Assembly (NCBI GenBank): GCA_049974095.1
Contig: JBMFJD010000013.1
Coordinates: 1-17,144, forward strand
Direction: 5' to 3'
Length of the DNA: 17,144 nt
Origin: Nanopusillaceae archaeon
GTDB taxonomy: Archaea; Nanobdellota; Nanobdellia; Nanobdellales; Nanobdellaceae
The position numbers and the translations under genes are program-made. The notes below the pieces were generated by a model. It ran no database searches, was not told where the DNA came from, and saw nothing but the letters and a program-made list of their open reading frames with translations. Positions 6,686-12,769 of the stretch are shown here, piece by piece; the stretch's first letter is position 1, and each line of letters starts with the position of its first letter.

Positions 6686-8526
6686 TGTTTTCTAATTTCC
6701 TGAGTAATTTTCTCAGCCAATTCAGTAACACCTTTAGAAGAAGATTTTCTGTATATTATTATTGATATCAATGTAAATGCTAAGATTGCTATAACTATAT
6801 ATAATACATTACCTTCCAACCAAGAGGTAATATTGAATGATGGTTTTGGTGGAGGAATATATGGAGGTGAAATATAAATTGTATATGTAGTAGTATTAAT
6901 TAGAGGTCCTGAGATATCCAATTCATATTGTCCAATTGTAAAGTTATATGTTAATGATCCAGTACCAGTTGCTTCCTGTACTCTAGTACCATTAATATAT
7001 TCATATAATATTAATTGCGCCTGATCTACAAAATCACCTTGTGCTTGTATTGTATATTCTCCAGGTGTAGTTGGTAAATTACTTACAGTTATTGGTGTAT
7101 AACCAAGAAGGGTAATGTTTGTTAATGAATAACCTGGTGCGGATATTGTAATCATATTTTGACCTTCTTGTATGGGGAATGTTGTAGAATATGTAGGTAT
7201 ACCATTATAATAGAATGTTGCTCCAAGTACAGGTTGCATTGAATTACAATCATAAACACTCTGTATAGTTACATTAGTTCCATCTGGATAATATATGTTT
7301 CCATTATATTGCTGTCCTTTTGGAGATATTATATAACATAAAGGTCTTGGAGGTGCTTGAACACATGAGAAGAATGGTACATAATTTTGCGCATACGAGT
7401 ATATACAATATGTCTGTCCAGGAATAACAGGTATAGGATATTGATATGATAATGCTTGACCATTTGGTCCTATTACTAATATATTTGCATTTGGTATATA
7501 GTATGTGGATCCATTATAATATACATATGCGCCTTGAATAAATAGATAACCAGAAGATATTGTATAATTAACCTGTAATGGTAATTGAACAGTAGCGGGA
7601 ATTGGACTTGTTTGTTGTGTAGTAGATTGCGTATTAGTAATATTTTGTCCTAATGAACTTATAACATATAAATCAATACTGGTTTGAGCATTATAAACTT
7701 TATTATCAGCTTCTCCAGTATATACTATGACTATATTATATTGTCCTAGAGGCATTCCGGCAGTATTAATATATAAAGTCATATATGCATACTGTCCCGG
7801 TGCCAATGTTCCAACCCCTCCTTGAATATAAGCATTTTGAGGTGGTAATCCTTGAATAAGTACATTTAATATTGTTAAATTATCATTACCTGTATTTATA
7901 ATACCAATTGGATACTCATATGTTTGATTTGTATATAAGGTTAGTGATGCAAATGAATATAATGGAGTTATAGGATTAGATACATTTGTTGTTGGTGGTG
8001 TAGACACAGTAGTGGTAGTAGTAACATTAGAGGTTGGAGTTGTAGTAGTAACATTCTGTAAAGTAGTTGTAGTACCAACATTAAATACAAAACCATAAGT
8101 AATATTATAAGTAGTTAATGTGGTACCATTTGTATTATTGACATTTGGTACAAAAAAGAAACTTATCATACCAGATCCTGATTGCGCAACCGACAATTGT
8201 AATGGTGTAATACCAGTAAGTATAGAAATATTAGCAGAATAAGATTGCCCAGATGCTAAATATGAACCTGCAGAATATAATGCTGTAGGAGAACCAGAAT
8301 AGGTTATTGTAACATTATATGGAACCTCTGTATTATATATATTCAGATATACGAACGGAGAACTAGGGTTAAGATTACACATATATGAAGCCGGAGAAGA
8401 TTGGACACAGTTAGGTACTGTTATTGCTGGTTGAGCTTTAACAGAAAAAATAAATATTAGGGACATTAACAATACACTGATATACCTTCTGACCCTATCA
8501 CGAATTGTCTTTACTTCACCATTCAT
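6682..8526 (-). CDS. Membrane-anchored, heavily N-glycosylatable surface or adhesin-like protein, about 614 aa: signal peptide, Thr-rich linker, CARDB/Ig-like beta-rich regions, C-terminal TM anchor
   Basis: The track ORF begins at a TTG (8583). ATGs lie at 8541 and 8526. The 8526 ATG is about 28 nt from the TATA-like ttataaatataaat. N-terminus is MNGEVKTIRDRVRRYISVLLMSLIFIFSVKAQP. Linker is NVTTTTPTSNVTTTTTVSTPPTTNVS. There are dozens of N-x-S/T sequons. LAPGQYAYMTLYINTAGMPLGQYNIVIVYTGE resembles a CARDB-type beta-sandwich. C-terminal anchor is LYIVIAILAFTLISIIIYRK. Confidence 0.7.
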   Translation of the reverse strand: MNGEVKTIRDRVRRYISVLLMSLIFIFSVKAQPAITVPNCVQSSPASYMCNLNPSSPFVYLNIYNTEVPYNVTITYSGSPTALYSAGSYLASGQSYSANISILTGITPLQLSVAQSGSGMISFFFVPNVNNTNGTTLTTYNITYGFVFNVGTTTTLQNVTTTTPTSNVTTTTTVSTPPTTNVSNPITPLYSFASLTLYTNQTYEYPIGIINTGNDNLTILNVLIQGLPPQNAYIQGGVGTLAPGQYAYMTLYINTAGMPLGQYNIVIVYTGEADNKVYNAQTSIDLYVISSLGQNITNTQSTTQQTSPIPATVQLPLQVNYTISSGYLFIQGAYVYYNGSTYYIPNANILVIGPNGQALSYQYPIPVIPGQTYCIYSYAQNYVPFFSCVQAPPRPLCYIISPKGQQYNGNIYYPDGTNVTIQSVYDCNSMQPVLGATFYYNGIPTYSTTFPIQEGQNMITISAPGYSLTNITLLGYTPITVSNLPTTPGEYTIQAQGDFVDQAQLILYEYINGTRVQEATGTGSLTYNFTIGQYELDISGPLINTTTYTIYISPPYIPPPKPSFNITSWLEGNVLYIVIAILAFTLISIIIYRKSSSKGVTELAEKITQEIRKQ

Positions 8527-8541
8527 AAAATATGAATACAT

Positions 8542-8575
8542 ATTTATATTTATAAGTGTTGCTAAATGTATCAAA
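8542..8575 (-). promoter_or_regulatory. Probable promoter of the glycoprotein operon
   Basis: The minus strand reads acacttataaatataaat directly upstream of the two candidate ATGs. Spacing favours a leaderless start at 8526. Confidence 0.4.
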
Positions 8576-8583
8576 GCGTACAA

Positions 8584-8937
8584 AGATACTATGAACTTAT
8601 AACAAAATACGGGTTACTACTTACATATACTTGGCACTTAATAATTTATTACTAGTAAATACTTATAAATAAACTGTTTAAATGAGACGAATTAGGTAGT
8701 ACTCATTACGCTATACGAAGAACCACAGACTTGGCACTGGAAAAAAAGATGATAAATGAAACAAATTAATTTTAACTTGGAATTAATACAGGGCACACCC
8801 CCTACTATATTATTTATTGCCAAATATTATAAGTTTTCCGCCAAATATGGTGGTATTAGCATAAACAGTATATGGATTATATAGTGCTAGAATAATTAAT
8901 AATATGGCTAGAAAAATATATAATAAAGTTATAGGCC
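8584..8937. other. About 350-bp non-coding region with short dispersed direct repeats
   Basis: No ORF longer than about 12 codons with an ATG on the minus strand. acttggcac occurs at about 8629 and about 8729. gccaaatat occurs at about 8819 and about 8840. There is a G/C island gggcacaccccc (8791-8802) and a 6-bp hairpin aatgag-N15-ctcatt. Confidence 0.5.
8908..8937 (-). terminator. Possible oligo-T terminator after the RAMP-like gene
   Basis: Immediately after the TGA, the minus strand reads ggcctataactttattatatatttttct. Archaeal termination typically uses T-runs. Confidence 0.3.
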
Positions 8938-9558
8938 TCATCTTTTATTATTTACAGGTCTTAATTTACATACTCCATAACCTAAATTCCTACCTCTTCC
9001 TATTTTTATTGTTATTTCCTCATTTAAATCCGACTGTGCTTCAATTAAGAATCTACTACCATCAGTAATCGCTTCTAATATTACTGGTGATTTTGTTTTA
9101 CTATTATAGTTAGCATATAACATTAAGGATATATTTTCAGGTTTTACATCTGTTAATATAAAATCTGCACCACCATCATATTTCACTGCATATCTTAATG
9201 GTCTAATAAAGTAAGACCACCAGTCAATCCATGATAAATAATCCTCATAAGTTTTAATTTTACCAATATCTGCATGTTTTCTCGGAAATAAATAATCAAT
9301 TTTTATGTATCCATCGTCAAGTAATGGTTTCTCTAATTCCTTCTTTTTAATCTTATAAACCTCTTTCAGTGCTGAATCCCTGTCCATTTTCTCAAATAGA
9401 TCCTTATACTTTGCTATATCTTCCTCCGTTAGTACAATTTTATGCTCTAATATCTTAAAATCTTTCATATCCATTTTTGCAAATACCCTAAAAGAAAATA
9501 CTTCCTTATTCAATCCACCCAATATCGGAGTTATAACTTCTAGCTCGTATGATGCCAT
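8938..9558 (-). CDS. RAMP / Cas6-like protein, 206 aa (putative RNA-binding protein or endoribonuclease)
   Basis: The C-terminal glycine-rich loop IKIGRGRNLGYGVCKL fits the RAMP G-x-G-x3-G-x-G loop near the C-terminus (compare the Cas6e-type GIGxxKxxGxGLL). The N-terminal YELEVITPILGG resembles the beta1 'TPxxxGG' of Cmr1/Cas7-type RAMPs. It is the last gene of the operon. Confidence 0.4.
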   Translation of the reverse strand: MASYELEVITPILGGLNKEVFSFRVFAKMDMKDFKILEHKIVLTEEDIAKYKDLFEKMDRDSALKEVYKIKKKELEKPLLDDGYIKIDYLFPRKHADIGKIKTYEDYLSWIDWWSYFIRPLRYAVKYDGGADFILTDVKPENISLMLYANYNSKTKSPVILEAITDGSRFLIEAQSDLNEEITIKIGRGRNLGYGVCKLRPVNNKR

Positions 9559-9563
9559 ACATA

Positions 9564-9836
9564 CTAATATGTGTAAATACTCTTAAAAACCTTAAGGTTT
9601 GGTATTATTATATATAATTTTCCATCTACTTCAGATACAATACCCAATGATTTTAATATAGATATAACATCCTTATCAAATGAGTATGAATCTAGAAAGT
9701 ATATTACACCATCAAGAGTACCATAATTATCTATAAGCTTTTTAATAATATCCTGTATTTTTGGGTCTGTTATAAGATCAAGTAGTTTATATATATCTAT
9801 ATTATCTAAAATGAATAATCTATAACCTATAGACAT
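9564..9836 (-). CDS. Small winged-helix-like protein, 90 aa
   Basis: ISILKSLGIVSEVDGKLYIIIP resembles a recognition helix plus beta-wing. It overlaps the upstream gene by 17 nt and ends 5 nt before the next start. Confidence 0.4.
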   Translation of the reverse strand: MSIGYRLFILDNIDIYKLLDLITDPKIQDIIKKLIDNYGTLDGVIYFLDSYSFDKDVISILKSLGIVSEVDGKLYIIIPNLKVFKSIYTY

Positions 9837-11601
9837 CGTTTTCTAATTTAATTTCTTTTCTTGCAACCATTTCATTCAATATTCTGTCTAATACTAGTAA
9901 TACATTAGTTTCTCTCTTAATAATTATTTGCCTATTTTCTACCATATTTTGTATTATTTGTCTCAGTTCATTTAACCTTTTTGGACCAGTAGATAAAATA
10001 TTCTTTATAACACCTTCTAGATCTTTTTGTGATGATATAATATACTGTATCTTAATATTACAATATTTATCATAAAATACACCGAGGTATGATTTATAGA
10101 AATCTAATACATTCTTTGCCTGTAGTGTAGTATTCATAAAAGATAATAAATGCATTAATGAAAAAAATGCAATAGCATATTTTACTTCATCAATAGTAAT
10201 AGTAGTCCTATTATTTAATACAGCAAATATCTTAGCCATTTTACTTATTGTCTCCTTTCTTTCATATAAGAACTCATAGAATTGTGGATAAAATCTATTT
10301 ATATTTTTAGCCTCATCCTCAAATAACTTATCGAAATTACCAGTAATATTATAACTATTCAACATATGCTTAACAAATTGGATATAATCATACATATTAT
10401 ACCCAGATACCTGTAATGGTATATCTACAGCAATTGGTACTAAGAAATCTACTTTCTCAACATAGTATTGGAACATCCTTAACAAAGTATTATATAATGA
10501 TGTAAAGGACGAGAAATCTGTATACTTAGAAGATTTATATACTAATATTATATTTTTACCCTCATATAATGCTTTGTCTATCTTTATCTTTAATTCCTTA
10601 GTAGTCTGTTGTACATTATTAATTATCATATTATCATCAATAATAGACGGACTACTAGTAACCCTATAATGTAATATTGAAGCTATTTTATCAATATATA
10701 TTTGCTTGGCATCAATATACATTACAGAAAAGTTATAGAATAAATTGAATACTACAGGTAATGTGGTTAATACATCATCAATATCTAAATATGCTAAAAG
10801 ATGTAATAATTTCTCATCAGGTCTTAACTTTAATATATTTAACATATTATACATATTATACTCATAGTCGTCAATAATGTACAAACCTATCGCAAGATAA
10901 GCTTTCGTAACAACCTTCCTATGTATAATTTCCTGAGCAAGCTCCCTATCCATTTCAATAGCAATATATTTATATCTTAGCTTACTCTCCTTAGCAAACC
11001 TGTATAATTCTTCAGGTATTATTAAAGCAATATTACCCAATCTAGTATCTTCCCCATATATCTTTACCCCATTAAGAACAACCCTAGTAAATCCTACAAT
11101 AGATGATACATTACCCTTAAATGAACATACAGGACATGATAATGGAGGATATTTCTTTAATGATAATATATGATGACCTCTCTCACATGTAGATCTATTA
11201 ATGTATATCGATTCCATTACCACCCTATTTGGCTTAACATTTAATTCTAAAAGGTTATATACAGATTTTAATCTTTGATATAATGGATTCTTTAAATCTC
11301 TAATAATTAGGAATACCATAGGTATATTAGATAATATCTTTATTTTCTCATTTTCTAATGAGAATAATGCATATGATGAATTTTCAAGATAAGTTGTTAA
11401 ATCATTACCAGATAGCAAAAAGTTATATACATCATATAGTGGAGAATATTTATTATCTGGTTCATCACCCATGATATAATAATATTGATCTAGATCAATG
11501 AATAAAGAATTATTATATAATAAACCTACATGTATATCTGGTGGAGTATTTACAATAAAATTATATGGGTTCTTATTAGTAATTATTTTAGTAGGAAGCA
11601 T
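9820..11601 (-). CDS. Large Zn-ribbon protein, 593 aa. Either an MCM-like N-terminal domain with a degenerate ATPase and C-terminal wH, or an AEP primase-like N-terminus. Unresolved.
   Basis: C139/H143-H144/C156/C159 (STCERGHHILSLKKYPPLSCPVCSFKG) parallels the MCM Zn module of the neighbouring MCM (HEKCGYEF...ICPKCGESG) and is roughly collinear with it. There is no intact Walker A or B; the closest is IILVYKSSKYT. It has a lid-like helix ISKMAKIFAVLNNRTTITIDEVKYAIAFF and a wH-like C-terminus ...MVARKEIKLENDVYRL. Alternatively, LFIDLD (hhhDhD) and ERGHHIL resemble AEP primase motifs I and II. Confidence 0.35.
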   Translation of the reverse strand: MLPTKIITNKNPYNFIVNTPPDIHVGLLYNNSLFIDLDQYYYIMGDEPDNKYSPLYDVYNFLLSGNDLTTYLENSSYALFSLENEKIKILSNIPMVFLIIRDLKNPLYQRLKSVYNLLELNVKPNRVVMESIYINRSTCERGHHILSLKKYPPLSCPVCSFKGNVSSIVGFTRVVLNGVKIYGEDTRLGNIALIIPEELYRFAKESKLRYKYIAIEMDRELAQEIIHRKVVTKAYLAIGLYIIDDYEYNMYNMLNILKLRPDEKLLHLLAYLDIDDVLTTLPVVFNLFYNFSVMYIDAKQIYIDKIASILHYRVTSSPSIIDDNMIINNVQQTTKELKIKIDKALYEGKNIILVYKSSKYTDFSSFTSLYNTLLRMFQYYVEKVDFLVPIAVDIPLQVSGYNMYDYIQFVKHMLNSYNITGNFDKLFEDEAKNINRFYPQFYEFLYERKETISKMAKIFAVLNNRTTITIDEVKYAIAFFSLMHLLSFMNTTLQAKNVLDFYKSYLGVFYDKYCNIKIQYIISSQKDLEGVIKNILSTGPKRLNELRQIIQNMVENRQIIIKRETNVLLVLDRILNEMVARKEIKLENDVYRL

Positions 11602-12430
11602 ATCCTAATAATGGATTGGCAACACTAATAAAATATTTTAAGGCCTCTTCAATATACTGTTCCTTAACAATATTATCTCCATAACTTCTAGCAATTGCCT
11701 TCGCTAACCTTATTATTGTATTTACCCTCCTACCAGTAAAATATAAACCAGTATATGATATATTTAGATTAACCCTAATATTTTCTGGTACCTGTACATT
11801 AATACTTCTAACCGTGTTCAAATAATTCAATAGCTCATTATTATCAAAAGTATATGTCTCTTCAGTATGAGAACCAAACGATCTATTTAATAAAAATATT
11901 AGATCAAGTCTATCAATAACAGTACCTGGTAAATCAAGTTCATCTAAATAGTTCTTACTCTCAAAGAAATCCTTTCTTGGGTTAGCTGCAGCAAGTACTG
12001 CAAGATTAACATCATAAGATACATCAACCTTTGCCTTTTCAATAGTTACTTTAAGATCCTCTAATAACTCATTTAATGAATTTTTGAATGTCTTATTAGC
12101 CTTATCAAGCTCATCTATACATAATATATTATTTACTTTAGATATTGTACCATGTACAAACCCTACTTTTCTATCAGGATATCCATATAATCCAGGTATT
12201 GTAGTAGTTTGTGCATTAACATATAGAGAACCAGGTATATTACTAACAAATTTTAGGATATGAGTCTTACCAGTACCTGGTATCCCGTATAGTAATATAT
12301 GTATCGAATCTCTGAAGAATTGACTCTTACCAATAGATATTAATTGGTAAGCAATACCTAACCTTATCTTAGCATAAATATTACCCTTGAGTGAAGGGAA
12401 CAAACCATTAATAAGATCCTGGAAATCCAT
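11588..12430 (-). CDS. MCM-family AAA+ ATPase core without the N-terminal (Zn/OB) or C-terminal wH domains, 280 aa
   Basis: Walker A LLYGIPGTGKTHIL. Walker B ILCIDELDKA (MCM IDEFDK type). VTIEKAKVDVSYDVNLAVLAAANP matches KAGI...AAANP (pre-sensor-1 hairpin and sensor 1). VIDRLDLIFLL is the SRFDLIF arginine-finger region. TGRRVNTIIRLAKAIARS is the sensor 2 / lid. The protein starts where the MCM ATPase domain normally starts (FPSLKGNIYAKIRLGIAYQL). It overlaps the downstream gene by 14 nt. Confidence 0.8.
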   Translation of the reverse strand: MDFQDLINGLFPSLKGNIYAKIRLGIAYQLISIGKSQFFRDSIHILLYGIPGTGKTHILKFVSNIPGSLYVNAQTTTIPGLYGYPDRKVGFVHGTISKVNNILCIDELDKANKTFKNSLNELLEDLKVTIEKAKVDVSYDVNLAVLAAANPRKDFFESKNYLDELDLPGTVIDRLDLIFLLNRSFGSHTEETYTFDNNELLNYLNTVRSINVQVPENIRVNLNISYTGLYFTGRRVNTIIRLAKAIARSYGDNIVKEQYIEEALKYFISVANPLLGYASY

Positions 12431-12498
12431 ACTTTATATATTGTAAATAAATGTTTATATTTGTTCAAACATATAAATGTTTGTAATAATAATATCTT
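12431..12498. promoter_or_regulatory. Divergent promoter / operator region between the mini-MCM operon and the 68-aa gene
   Basis: taaatgtttata (12448-12459) is identical to 421-432. On the minus strand it gives tataaacattt 29 nt before ATG 12430. The palindrome caaacat-ataa-atgtttg (12466-12483) includes a tataaa 27 nt before ATG 12499. Confidence 0.5.
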
Positions 12499-12705
12499 AT
12501 GGATCAAATAGAAGCAAAATGTAGGGCAGTAAGAGATTTTTATGCACAATTTCTTGGAGAGGAAAATGTATCATATAAAGTTGAAAATGGCTTATGTTTA
12601 ATAGATATAAAGTTGCCACCAGACCAATTACAAAGAGAATACACAACTGTATTAGCTTATCTCGGTCCACAGCAACAACAAACACAGCAACAGCTACAAC
12701 TATAG
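12499..12705 (+). CDS. Small hypothetical protein, 68 aa, with a Q-rich C-terminal tail
   Basis: The ATG is well spaced from the TATA box. Composition is balanced (MDQIEAKCRAVRDFYAQFLGEENVSYKVENGLCLIDIKLPPDQLQREY...) and ends GPQQQQTQQQLQL. A T-rich tract follows. Confidence 0.5.
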   Translation: MDQIEAKCRAVRDFYAQFLGEENVSYKVENGLCLIDIKLPPDQLQREYTTVLAYLGPQQQQTQQQLQL

Positions 12706-12724
12706 GTTTTCTTATTTTTAGTTT
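12706..12724 (+). terminator. Possible T-rich terminator after the 68-aa gene
   Basis: gttttcttatttttagttt lies directly after the stop codon. Confidence 0.3.
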
Positions 12725-12729
12725 AACAC

Positions 12730-12769
12730 ATATGAATAAGTATATAAAGGTTTTTTACAATATGAATAA
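12730..12769 (+). promoter_or_regulatory. MCM promoter: TATA box flanked by a direct repeat
   Basis: tatataaa at 12741-12748 is about 25 nt upstream of ATG 12770. atatgaataa occurs at 12730-12739 and 12760-12769, bracketing it. Confidence 0.5.

Noticed and set aside
8735-8742. ttccagtg (minus strand) and tccagtg at 16940-16946, resembling half of the conserved archaeal origin-recognition-box core (TCCAGTGGAAA, from memory)
   Set aside because: Only 7-8 nt match and the dyad second half is missing. No Orc1/Cdc6 gene is in the window. The match is too short to mean anything without a genome-wide motif test.
8938-9558. Reading the 206-aa protein as a PD-(D/E)xK nuclease (GGADFILTDVK)
   Set aside because: The D...DxK spacing of 5 residues is much shorter than in PD-(D/E)xK enzymes, and there is no supporting upstream acidic or helix motif. 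The RAMP-like termini explain the sequence better, though that call is also unproven.
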